From an uncultured delta proteobacterium (lineage in GTDB: Bacteria; Desulfobacterota; Binatia; Binatales; Binataceae), in NCBI GenBank assembly GCA_963794325.1, contig CAWCDG010000004.1:704001-768000 (forward strand): a DNA stretch of 64,000 nucleotides. Direction: 5' to 3'. The notes beneath the pieces are model-generated. The model was given only the letters and a program-made list of their open reading frames with translations, searched no databases and was not told the origin of the DNA. A program made the translations under genes and the position numbers. Positions 29,557 to 39,472 of the stretch are shown here, piece by piece (the first letter of the stretch is position 1; each line of letters starts with the position of its first letter).

Positions 29557-30471
29557 TTACTTCTTCGCGAGATACGCCATCCCGACGCGCGCCGGCGTTA
29601 GATTTATCCCGAACTCATCGACCAGCGGCTTGATGTCGCAGGCGTTGTCAGCCGTGACAAACGTGACCGCGTCGCGCGACAGCAATGGCTTGGGCATTTT
29701 CTCGAGCAGTCCGCCAACCGTGCGCATGATACTTTCGGGAATGTGAAACAGCGGTCGGCGATGCCCGCTCGCGTCCATGATGATCTGCATCATCTCGTCA
29801 AACGTCATCAAGTCGGGCCCGCCGATTTCGTAAGTGCCGTTGCGCCCGCGCCCCGACACCGCGAGCGTCACACACGCGGCGAGATCATCGACCAGCACCG
29901 GCTGAACTTTCTGGCGCCCCGTGCCCGGCACGCCAAAGACCGGCAAGAAACGGAGCGCGCGTGCGAGACCGTTCACGACTTTGTCCTCCGGGCCGTACAC
30001 CAGCGACGGGCGGAAGATCGTGTACGTCAAACCTGACTCGCGGATCACGCGCTCGGCGCGACCCTTGGCGCGAAACGCGGGATGGGTACTATTCTCGCCG
30101 GCCGCGGCGCCGCTTACGTAGATGAATTGCTGGACGCCGGCCTGCTTGGCCGCATCGATGAGCGCCACGACGCCGCCGTAGTCAATTCGCTCGAAGGTCA
30201 GGCCGCGGCGCGGATTCTCGACCGGATAGCCGTCGAACTGGATCGCATCGACGATCGTATTCGCGCCCATGAGAGCGTCCTTGAGCGACGCAGCTTCTCC
30301 GATATCGGCACGAACAAACTCGACGCCGGGTAGGTCGAGCTTCGCGCGCGCCGCTTGGGGATTTCGGGTAAGAATGCGCACCCTGGTTTGCCCGGAAGCG
30401 AGCAAGCGCCGCGCGATCGCGCGCCCGATGAATCCCGATCCGCCGGCAAGAGCGACCGTTTTTGCGTCCAT
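29557..30471 (-). CDS. NDUFA9-like atypical SDR (NAD(P)H-binding)
   Basis: GGSGFIG, IFRPSLVYGPED, QPVLVDD. Confidence 0.85.
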   Translation of the reverse strand: MDAKTVALAGGSGFIGRAIARRLLASGQTRVRILTRNPQAARAKLDLPGVEFVRADIGEAASLKDALMGANTIVDAIQFDGYPVENPRRGLTFERIDYGGVVALIDAAKQAGVQQFIYVSGAAAGENSTHPAFRAKGRAERVIRESGLTYTIFRPSLVYGPEDKVVNGLARALRFLPVFGVPGTGRQKVQPVLVDDLAACVTLAVSGRGRNGTYEIGGPDLMTFDEMMQIIMDASGHRRPLFHIPESIMRTVGGLLEKMPKPLLSRDAVTFVTADNACDIKPLVDEFGINLTPARVGMAYLAKK

Positions 30472-30503
30472 TGATTGATTCTGTGCTTGAATCCGCGGCG
30501 ACG

Positions 30504-31887
30504 CTATTGGCCTCGCCAATCAGGGGAGAAACGCTTGCGCGCGATGAACTCGCCGCGTCCGGCGGGCGCGTCAACCTCGCGGTCGGTGACGATCGGCAAG
30601 CCGCGCGAGATTGTCATCGTTGGCCAGCCGGTGATTTCGAATCCCTCGAACGGGTCGTAGTCCGCGCGCGAGTGCATCTCGCGGCTGTCGATTACAACTT
30701 TGCGGTTGGGATCAAAGACCACGAGGTCGGCGTCGGCGCCCTCGACGATCGCGCCCTTGCGCGGATACATCCCGAAAATCCTGGCGGCATTGGTCGCCGT
30801 CAGATCGACCCATCGCGAAATCGAGAGGCGGCCCTTGGCGACGCCCTCGGAATAGAGCATGGGCACCAGAGTCTCGAGATTCGACATCCCGGGCGGCATC
30901 CGCGTGAAGCGATCGGCGGCGATTTTGCGCTCGAGAGTCCAACTGCAATGGTCGGTCGCGACGACATCGACGGTGCCGTCCTCCAGCGCCGCCCAAAGCG
31001 CGTCGCGATGTTCGGCGCTGCGCAGCGGCGGGTAGCCGACGTACTTCGCGCCGTTCGGTTCGAGAAACCGCTCTTCGGTCAGATACAGGTAGATGGGCCG
31101 CGTCTCGGCGAGCACGATGCGGCCGCGGGCGCGCGCGCGGCGTATTTCGTCGATAGCCTCGCGGCTCGACAGATGCACGAAATATGCGGGTGCGGCGGAC
31201 AACTCGGTCATCGCGAGAGCGCGCCGAACGGCGGCAGCTTCCGACAGCGGCGGACGGCTCGCCGCGAAATGCGTCACGTCACGTTTGCCGGCCGCGAGCA
31301 GGCGCTCGGTACAGAATCCGATCAGGTGCTCGTCCTCAGCGTGAATCGTCGAGCAGCGCCCCGCTGTCGCCAGCCACCTTGAACGCGCGCAAATAGTCTC
31401 GCGCACGAGACTCGAAACCTTGCATCATGAAAATCTTGATACTGGTGACACCGCGATCGACGACACGCGGAATTTCGGCGATCGCCTCGAGCGATGGATC
31501 GAGCAGCGCAACGTGAAAGCTGTAGTCGATAATCGCGCGTTGCCGCGCCTTCGCGTGCCATTTTTCGATCGCATCGGCGAGCGAGCCGCCTTGCGCCTGG
31601 AATGCGTAGTCGACAATCGTCGTGACGCCGCCGGCCGCGGCCGCGGCAGTGCCCGATTCGAAGTCGTCGATGGTACGCATCGAAAACATCTCGGCGTCGA
31701 GATGGGTATGCGGATCGACGGCGCCCGGAATGAGCAGCATGCCGTGGGCGTCGACGGTGCGGCGCGCAGACTCAAGCTCACCGGGCGGCGCGATGCGTGC
31801 GATCTTTTCCGCGACTACGCCAACATCGGCACGCGCAACGCCCGAAGGCGTTACTACAGTCGCGCCAACGATCGCGAGATCGAGCAT
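30504..31887 (-). pseudogene. hydA: Dihydropyrimidinase/D-hydantoinase, split by a frameshift near 31350 (possibly a sequencing indel)
   Basis: ORF 31336-31887 has DPHTH, AAAGGVTT, KIFM; ORF 30504-31406 continues with IHAE, VHLS, TDHC, KG.I..GADAD. Confidence 0.8.
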
Positions 31888-31900
31888 CGCGGCGCTCTAG

Positions 31901-32890
31901 CTAGACGTGCTTTCGACGCGAGCGGCGAGTGACGGGGCGCAATGACCGGCGGCGGCGGACGCGCTTCAACGGATGCAGTTTTGCGGTCGGTTTCGCGGCG
32001 GGGCTTGCTTCGACCAGCGGAGTCAACGAGAAGCGCGATACTTCGGGCGGGCAGTTGATGCGGATTCTCAGCCAGAACGTACCCAGGCCGCGGTTGGTGT
32101 AGATGTAAAAATCTTCGTAGCGATTCAGGCCCGAGTAGAATTCCTTGCCGATGCGCAGAATCGATTTCAGCGGCGATCCATAAAACGGAATTCGCACGAC
32201 GCCGCCATGCGTGTGGCCGGAGAGCATCACGCCCGGCCGCAGGTGACGCGTGTACAGCGCGGTATCGGGATTGTGCGCGAGCACGATCGTGGCGTCGTCG
32301 CTGTTGACGTCGCCGAACGCGCGAGCCGGCTCGGCGCGCCGCGACCACAAATCGTCGATGCCGACGACCATGAGTTTTTCGTTGCGCAAAAGGAGCCGGC
32401 GGCTGTCGTTGGCAAGCACGTCGGCGCCAGCACGCTTGAGCGCTTCCGTGATCCGTTCGGCCGACGACCAGTGATCGTGATTGCCGAGGATCGCAAACAG
32501 GCCGGACTTCGGCTGCAAATTCTTCAGCGCGTCGCGAAACGCGCCGAGGTAACGATGCATCGTGTCGGGGCCGGAAAAATAATCCCCGGTCAGAAAAATA
32601 AGATCGGGCTGTTGCTCATTGATTGCTTCGACCGCTGACGCCAATCGCGCGAGGTCCTCGTCGCGATCGACGTGGAAGTCGCTTATCTGGCACGCGACGA
32701 GTCCGCGCAACGCTTCGGGCAATCCGCGCACCGGCAGGTCCAGCGCCGACACTTGAATCTCGTCGATCGTCTTGCGCCACATGCGATGCAGCGGGCGCAG
32801 CGCCAGCGGTGGCTTCGCCTTCACCCGGCCGCCGGTGTTCGAAACCGGCTTGTGCGCAGGCAATTCGTCTATTAATTCGGCGGTGGACAT
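31901..32890 (-). CDS. Metallophosphoesterase (YkuE/YaeI-like)
   Basis: SDFH, TGDY, LGNHD, HNPD, SGHTHGG. Confidence 0.9.
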   Translation of the reverse strand: MSTAELIDELPAHKPVSNTGGRVKAKPPLALRPLHRMWRKTIDEIQVSALDLPVRGLPEALRGLVACQISDFHVDRDEDLARLASAVEAINEQQPDLIFLTGDYFSGPDTMHRYLGAFRDALKNLQPKSGLFAILGNHDHWSSAERITEALKRAGADVLANDSRRLLLRNEKLMVVGIDDLWSRRAEPARAFGDVNSDDATIVLAHNPDTALYTRHLRPGVMLSGHTHGGVVRIPFYGSPLKSILRIGKEFYSGLNRYEDFYIYTNRGLGTFWLRIRINCPPEVSRFSLTPLVEASPAAKPTAKLHPLKRVRRRRSLRPVTRRSRRKHV

Positions 32891-32903
32891 CGGAACGCTG
32901 ATA

Positions 32904-33608
32904 CTAGAATACTTCGACCAGGCGGCGAAAGGAGCTTAGTTCGATAATCCTGTCGCCGGCGTCATTAATTTCTTCGTGCTCGAGTTCCCAGGTGTGCGGA
33001 TGTGGAATGAAAACCGCGCGTAGGCCCGCGGCAACGGCAGGATTGATGTCGGATCGCGGACTGTTGCCGATCATGAACGTCAATGACGGATCCAGATCCG
33101 CATCGCGCACCAAGCGGCGATAAGCATCGACGTCCTTCTCGCGCGGCGTCTCGACCCGATCGAACAGTGGCGCCAGTCCGGAGCGCGCGAGCTTTTGCAA
33201 CTGCTCGTCGCGCTGCCCCTTCGTGAACATGAGCAACCGATGACGCTGCGAAAGCTGCTGCAGCGTCGGCTCGACGTCAGGCAGCAACGCACAATCGCGC
33301 TCGAGCAGATGCGCGCCGATTTGCTCGATCGCCTCGCGCAGCCTTTCGTGACCCGCGGGCGCGAGTTCGGATGCCGCCTCATGCAACGCCCTGATATAAG
33401 GACGGCGCCCGTAACCATGCGTCTTGATCAGACGGATTTCCGCGCGTCGCACCGCGGCGTGAATCTCGATGCGAGACAGACCGAGGTCCGCGTCGCCGAC
33501 CGCCGCAGCGAAATGATCGAACGCCTCGAGAAAATGGATATTGGAATCCCAGAGCGTGTCGTCGGCGTCGAAAATGAGATTCAGGGAATCAGTCGCAGAA
33601 GAAAACAT
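32904..33608 (-). CDS. HAD-family hydrolase
   Basis: FDADDTLW, TKG, IGNSPRSDI. Confidence 0.88.
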   Translation of the reverse strand: MFSSATDSLNLIFDADDTLWDSNIHFLEAFDHFAAAVGDADLGLSRIEIHAAVRRAEIRLIKTHGYGRRPYIRALHEAASELAPAGHERLREAIEQIGAHLLERDCALLPDVEPTLQQLSQRHRLLMFTKGQRDEQLQKLARSGLAPLFDRVETPREKDVDAYRRLVRDADLDPSLTFMIGNSPRSDINPAVAAGLRAVFIPHPHTWELEHEEINDAGDRIIELSSFRRLVEVF

Positions 33609-33664
33609 CTACCTAAAGAGTACCGGCGCGCGCCGGGTCGGGCAATTGGCTGATCGCGAGCGAG

Positions 33665-34477
33665 CTATGCGCGCGTGTTCGGAAGTGCGGTCGGCAGAAC
33701 GATCAGCGCGCCGGTCGAGGGATTGCGGCCGACGTAAACGTCGGTCTCGTAAACGCGGCGCAGATTCTCGGCGGTGAGAACTTCAGCGGGAGTCCCGTAT
33801 GCGACCGCGGCGCCATCGGCGAGCAGCAGGATTCGATCAGCATAGAGCGCGGCGGCATTGAGATCGTGGAGCGTCGCGACCACCGCCATCCCGCGTTCGG
33901 CACACAGCTCGCGAAAGCGAGCGAAAATTTCCGCGACATGCTTGAGGTCGAGGAACGCGGTCGGCTCGTCGAGCAGCGCAACTTTCGGCTCCTGCGCCAG
34001 CGCGCGCGCGAGGAACACTCGCTTACGCTCGCCGCCGGACAATTCCTGAATGTGACGACTGGCGAGGTCGCGAAGGTCGAAGCGCTCGAGCGCGGCGGAT
34101 GCGATCTGCAGGTCGTGCGGGCTCTCGAAGCGGAAGGCACCGAGATGCGGCGCGCGTCCCATCAGCACGATTTCGAGAACCGTGAAGCGAAACGCGACCG
34201 CGTTTTCCTGCCCAACGGACGCAACCGTGCGCGCAAACTCGCGACGATCGATCGAATCGATCCGCTGGCCGAACAGTTCGACGTTTCCCGCGTTTGGCTT
34301 GATCGAGCCGCCGAGAACCTTCAGCAGCGTGGACTTGCCCGCGCCGTTCGGACCGACGATCGCGAGCATCTCGCCCGCCGCCACCTCGACCGACACGCCG
34401 TGCAGCACGGGGACGCCGGGATATCCGGCCTGAATCGCGATCGCCCGCATCGCGACTGTGTCCGGCGCTTTCGTCAT
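33665..34477 (-). CDS. ABC transporter ATP-binding subunit (cobalamin/heme/siderophore type)
   Basis: GPNGAGKST, LSGGE, LLDEPT, HDLN. Confidence 0.93.
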   Translation of the reverse strand: MTKAPDTVAMRAIAIQAGYPGVPVLHGVSVEVAAGEMLAIVGPNGAGKSTLLKVLGGSIKPNAGNVELFGQRIDSIDRREFARTVASVGQENAVAFRFTVLEIVLMGRAPHLGAFRFESPHDLQIASAALERFDLRDLASRHIQELSGGERKRVFLARALAQEPKVALLDEPTAFLDLKHVAEIFARFRELCAERGMAVVATLHDLNAAALYADRILLLADGAAVAYGTPAEVLTAENLRRVYETDVYVGRNPSTGALIVLPTALPNTRA

Positions 34478-35511
34478 AGCGAGAGCGGTCTCCGGCCTTC
34501 GCGGCGCAGCATATAGATGAAGAACGGGCCGCCGCAGAGCGCGGTGATAGCCCCGACCGGGATTTCGGCCGGCGCGATTGCGACGCGCGCAATCAAGTCG
34601 GCGCCGACCATGAACGCGGCGCCTCCGATCAACGACGCCGGCAGCAGGAGCCGATGATCCGCGCCGAACACCAGTCGCAAAGTGTGCGGAACGATCAGTC
34701 CGACGAACGAAATTATTCCGCTGACGGAAACCGCGGCGCCGATCATTACTGACGTCGCGACGAAAATTATGCGGCGGAGCCGGTCCACGTCGACGCCGAG
34801 TTCGGCGGCGGATTCGTCGCCAAGACTGAGCAGGTTGAGATCGCGAGCGTGGTACATCAGAACGCCGAAGCCAACCAGTCCCAACCCCGCGACCATCGCA
34901 ACCTCATGATAAGTCGGCGCCTCGAGGCTGCCCATCAGCCAGAACAGGATGCTGTGCGCGTAATAAAAATTCACGACGCTGTTCACCAGCATGATCGCCG
35001 CGCCCCAGAACGCGTTGAAAATGACGCCGACCAGCAACAGCGTGAACGGCTCGAGCTGTCCGTCAACCATCGCGAGCCGGTACACGGCGACGGTCGAGAG
35101 CAACGCCGCTCCGAATGCGCATAGCGGGACGGTCGCCTCGCCGCCGCCGATTTTGGCCGACAGCACGAGCGCGAGAATCGCGCCGAGCGCGCCGCCGCCC
35201 GAAATTCCGAGGATGCCGCCTTCGGCCAGCGGATTTCTCACGAGGGCTTGCAGAGCCGTTCCGACTGCCGCCAGCAGCGCGCCGACAATCACTCCCATCA
35301 TCACGCGCGGCAGTCGAGCGGCGAAAAAGATTGCATGATCAGAACTGTCAGGATCGGAAAAAGCGCGTAGCAGGCTGATATGCGCGGTGCCAAATAACAG
35401 ACCCGCGATCGCGCAAACGATCAGCAAAATGGTGAGCGCGCCGAGGATCGAAAACAGCCGCGTGCGCGTCAGATGAGCGGCGGGCGCGGGCTTGCTCGCG
35501 GCCGCATTCAT
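34474..35511 (-). CDS. FecCD/BtuC-type permease
   Basis: RLPR, RNPLAE, FVGLIVPH, EIPVG. Confidence 0.93.
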   Translation of the reverse strand: MNAAASKPAPAAHLTRTRLFSILGALTILLIVCAIAGLLFGTAHISLLRAFSDPDSSDHAIFFAARLPRVMMGVIVGALLAAVGTALQALVRNPLAEGGILGISGGGALGAILALVLSAKIGGGEATVPLCAFGAALLSTVAVYRLAMVDGQLEPFTLLLVGVIFNAFWGAAIMLVNSVVNFYYAHSILFWLMGSLEAPTYHEVAMVAGLGLVGFGVLMYHARDLNLLSLGDESAAELGVDVDRLRRIIFVATSVMIGAAVSVSGIISFVGLIVPHTLRLVFGADHRLLLPASLIGGAAFMVGADLIARVAIAPAEIPVGAITALCGGPFFIYMLRREGRRPLSL

Positions 35512-36368
35512 TTGTCGACACCCGTGGGCCATGCTTCGGGATGAACTTTTCGCGCGATTATTTCGAGCGACTGTCCTACGCGCGGGCCCGCGTGCAGCAT
35601 CGGATTTTCAGCGTAACCGTACACGCGATGATCGCGCACCGCGGGAATCGTCGGATACTTTTCCCAGAAATCATTCGACGACCTGGAATCGGTACCCATC
35701 GCGCCATCGAGGATAACCTCTGGGCGCATCGCTATGATGAATTCCATGCTGAGATGCGGCCACTGCTCGCCTGCGGCGTCGACAATGTTGTCGGCGCGCG
35801 CGATGCGCATGAGCTCGTCGAGGTAGGTGCCGGGGCCAACCGCGACAATCGGCTGATGACCGACGAGCATCAACGCGCGCACCGGCTTTGCGTTCGTCAG
35901 ACGTTCCTGGACCGCGGCGATTTGCGCTTGAATCTGCGCGACGAGGCGATGCGCTTCGGTTTCGCGATCGATTCGAGCCCCCACTTTTTCAATACTGTTT
36001 TCGATCTGTTGCAAAGAGTCGTCGCTAACCAGCAGCACCGGATAGCCCATCGAATTCAACGCGCGAATCTGGCGCACGTCCGACGACAGTTCAAGCCCGA
36101 CGATCAGCGTTGGGCGCAGCGCGATGATCGCTTCCAGATTCGGCGTCAGAAACGATCCAACCCGCGGTAGTTCGCGCACCTGCGGCGGATAGTCGCAGTA
36201 CTGCGATACGCCGACGACCTCGGGACCGGCGCCAAGCGCGAACAGAATCTCCGTCACACTTGGCGCGAGCGACACGATTCGCGTTTGCGCGGCCGCGTGT
36301 GCCGGCGAGGCGAGCGTCAGTGCGAACACGCAGAGCGCGGCGGCGGCCGCCAGTCGAGGAAAAGCCAC
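35508..36368 (-). CDS. BtuF-like periplasmic binding protein
   Basis: Signal peptide (AHA), RIVSLAPSVTE, YCDYP, GPR. Confidence 0.9.
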   Translation of the reverse strand: MAFPRLAAAAALCVFALTLASPAHAAAQTRIVSLAPSVTEILFALGAGPEVVGVSQYCDYPPQVRELPRVGSFLTPNLEAIIALRPTLIVGLELSSDVRQIRALNSMGYPVLLVSDDSLQQIENSIEKVGARIDRETEAHRLVAQIQAQIAAVQERLTNAKPVRALMLVGHQPIVAVGPGTYLDELMRIARADNIVDAAGEQWPHLSMEFIIAMRPEVILDGAMGTDSRSSNDFWEKYPTIPAVRDHRVYGYAENPMLHAGPRVGQSLEIIARKVHPEAWPTGVDK

Positions 36369-36472
36369 ATCGCGAAACTACCTGATCCAATCGACGCCCG
36401 TAAGCCACCTTCGCGGTTTGTTGCATCCTCGCGATGCGCTCAACTAGCCTCGTCGGAACGAGGAATATCGCT

Positions 36473-38296
36473 GTGCTCAAGATTGCCGTTTGCATCAAGC
36501 AGATTCCGCTGATCGAGGAAGCCAACTTCGACGCGACGACCCGGACGATCAAGCGCGATGGACCCAACGTGATCAGCGCATTCGATCTGCGCGCGATTTC
36601 GCTCGCCGTCGAGCTGAAAAATCGACACGGCGCGGAGACTACGGTCGTCACGATGGGACCGCCGCAGGCGCGGGGTGCGCTGGTCGATGCGCTCGCGATG
36701 GGAATGGATCACGCGGTGCACCTTGAAGATCGGGCGTTCGCCGGATCGGACACGCTCGCAACGGCGCGTGCGCTCGCGCTGTGGCTGGCGCGCGGAAACT
36801 TCGACCTCATCATGCTCGGCAAGTATTCGCTGGATGCGGAGACGGGGCAGGTCGGTCCCGAGATCGCGGAACTGATCGGCGCTGCGCAAATCACCGGAGC
36901 GCGCAAGCTGGAGATAGAAGGCCGCAAACTCCGCGCCGAACGCGAGAGCGACGAAGGATTCGACGAGGTCGAGGCCGCGATGCCCGCGGTCATCACCTGC
37001 GCCGAGCGCGTCGCGCAGCCGGTCAAGGTGAAGCCCGGCGCTTCCGATGAAGCGGCGACCAAGCCGATTCAGGTTGTGCGCGCGGCGGAGCTCGGCGCCG
37101 ACGCGAAGCAATTCGGGTTTGCCGGATCGCCGACCTGGGTGCAGGAGGTTCGCGTCGTCGAGACGCCGAAGACCGAATGCAAATTTATCGACGCGCGTGA
37201 TGCCGAACGCGCTGCGACCGAAGTGATCTCGGCGCTCGAATCAATCGGTGCGCTCGAACCACGCGTTCACGATCGACGCGCGATCGGATCGGCGCGTCGC
37301 GCGAGCAAACGCGATCGCGACGTGTGGATTATTTGCGAGACTGACCTTGAAGGGCACGTCACGCGCGGCACACTCGAGCTGCTTTCACGCGGCGACGAAC
37401 TCGCGTCGCGCTTAGGCGGCGCGCTGGTCGCAATCGGCATCGACAACACTGTCTCGCGGCACTCAGGATTGCTCGCGAGTTTCGGCGCCGACCAGGTGAT
37501 AACGATCGATAATCCTGCGCTGAGTTCGTACGCGCCGGAAACTGCGGCGGAGGCTGTCGCGAAAATCGTTTCGACCCACGCGCCGTGGGGGATTTTGATT
37601 GGCGCGACCGAGCGCGGGCGCGATTGGGGACCTCGGCTGGCCGCGCGGCTGAATCTCGGACTGACCGGAGATGCGATCGATATCGAGCTCGACTCGGAGA
37701 ATCGGATGGTCGCGCTCAAGCCCGCCTTCGGCGGCAACATCGTCGCGCCGATTTACTCGAAGACGTTTCCGCAGATGGCGACAGTGCGCCCCGGCGTGCT
37801 CGAGCTCGCGCGCGCCGTCGGAAGCCAAGCGGGCAGAAGTTCAGACGATGCGCGTCGAGATTGACTCGCCGAAAAGCCGGCTCATAAAAGCGCACTCGAC
37901 TCTCGATCCGACCATTGTCCCACTCGAAGGCGCCGAAGTTGTCGTCGGTATCGGCACTGGAGTCGGCGGGCCCGAAGGCGTCGCGAGAGTCGCCGCGTTC
38001 GCGCGCGTGCTCGGCGCAGCGATGTGCGCGACTCGCCGCGTGACCGATCAAGGATGGGTGCCGCGCCAGTTGCAGGTCGGGCTTACCGGTAAGTCGATCG
38101 ATCCGCGATTGTATATTGCGGTTGGAGTGCGCGGCGCGCCCAACCATACCTGCGGACTGAAACGCGCACTGACCGTCGTCGCCATCAACAACGACACCGA
38201 CGCGCTAATCTTCGAGCGCGCGAATATTGGCCTGGTCGCTGATTGGCAGAGCATCCTGCCTGCCCTGCAGGACGCCTTCCAGCGGCGGCTGCGTGA
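36473..38296 (+). CDS. Fused electron transfer flavoprotein beta+alpha, with apparent frameshifts near 37810 and 38290
   Basis: Beta motifs KIAVCIKQ, GSDTLATA, ETGQVG; alpha motifs TERGRD, PAFGGN, TVRPG; after the frame change QVGLTGK..P.LYIAVG, AINND; end approximate. Confidence 0.75.
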
Positions 38297-38343
38297 GACG
38301 CGAGCATGCGAGGGAATCTCTCAGGAGGGGGACAATCGAGATT

Positions 38344-39424
38344 CTATGCGCGGATTTCGTAGAGCGCCGAAAAAAGATCCTCGATCGGCAAGCCGACGAA
38401 AATGCTTGAAACCCGCGCCCGCGACCAGCTCGCGCGCCTTCGCCTCGCCCATGCATGCGCCGATTCCCGCGCCGCCGTGCGCGAGCGACACCGTCATGCA
38501 GTACAGCGTGCTCATCGAGTACATCATGCGGCCCATCGGGTTGATGTTGTCCTCGAGCTTCGACGAGACGTTCACCTCGACCATCAGGTACGTGCCGTCG
38601 GGCTTGAGCGCGGTGCGAATCGATTTCAGCAGCGCGTCGGGATCGACGGAATCGTGCACCACGTCGAAGGTCGAGATGAAATCAAACTGCGCAGCCGGCA
38701 GCCGGGTGCAATCAACGACCTCAAATTTGATCCGATCGCCGAGCCCGGCGGCCTGCGCATTTGCCCGCGCGCGCTCGAGCGATCCCTCATGCGCGTCGAA
38801 GCCGAAAACTTTCGCCTTGGGAAATGCCGACGCGATCGCGATCGCCGCTCGTCCGCTCCCACAGCCAACGTCCAGCGACGAGCCACCTTCAGTGAGCTTC
38901 GCGACGAGCTGCGGCATCGCGGGCAGCCACTTGCGAATCAACGAATGCCGGTACATCGAGGCTGACGAACGCTCCATCGCCTCCCACGTCTCCGGCGGAT
39001 ACTCGCTTTGCGAAACGCCGCGCCCGTTCTTGAATGACTCGAGCACCTTGGGCGCGATCGACATCTGCGGAACGATCATTTCGATGAACCCGCCGGCGAA
39101 GAATGGCGAGTCATCGCGCGCCAGCACCATCGCGTGCTCAGCCGGCATCGCGTAGGTCTTTGCCGCGGCGTCGTAGTTCACGTATCCGGCCGCCGTCATC
39201 GCGCCGAGCCATTCGCGCAGGTAGCGCTCGCTCAGTCCGGTTTTTTCCGCGAGTTGCGCGCTCGTGACGGCGCCCGCTCCGGCCAGCGCGCTGAAGATTC
39301 CGAGCCGGTCGCCGATATAACTCAGCGCACCAAGCATCGCGGCCCCGATGTCATTCGATACCTGCTTCGAGAACTTTTTTATCTTGTCCCAGTCGAGCTG
39401 CTGCTTTTCGTTTTCGTGGGCCAT
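38344..39424 (-). CDS. SAM methyltransferase with N-terminal winged HTH (Rv2258c-like); apparent frameshift near 38392
   Basis: ERYLREWL, LDVGCGSG, FDVVHD, LYCMTVSLA.GG.G.G; expected ending LPIEDLFSALYEIRA* is in the adjacent frame. Confidence 0.8.
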
Positions 39425-39472
39425 CTGATTCCTCCGCAGACCGGCAGTATCGATCAATTCAAGCCTCGGCGG

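Noticed and set aside
36369-36472. B12 riboswitch upstream of the BtuFCD-like operon
   Set aside because: The intergenic region is only about 100 bp and has no riboswitch motifs
38297-39155. Long C-terminal extension of the ETF alpha ORF
   Set aside because: Read-through antisense to the methyltransferase, probably caused by an indel just before the natural stop
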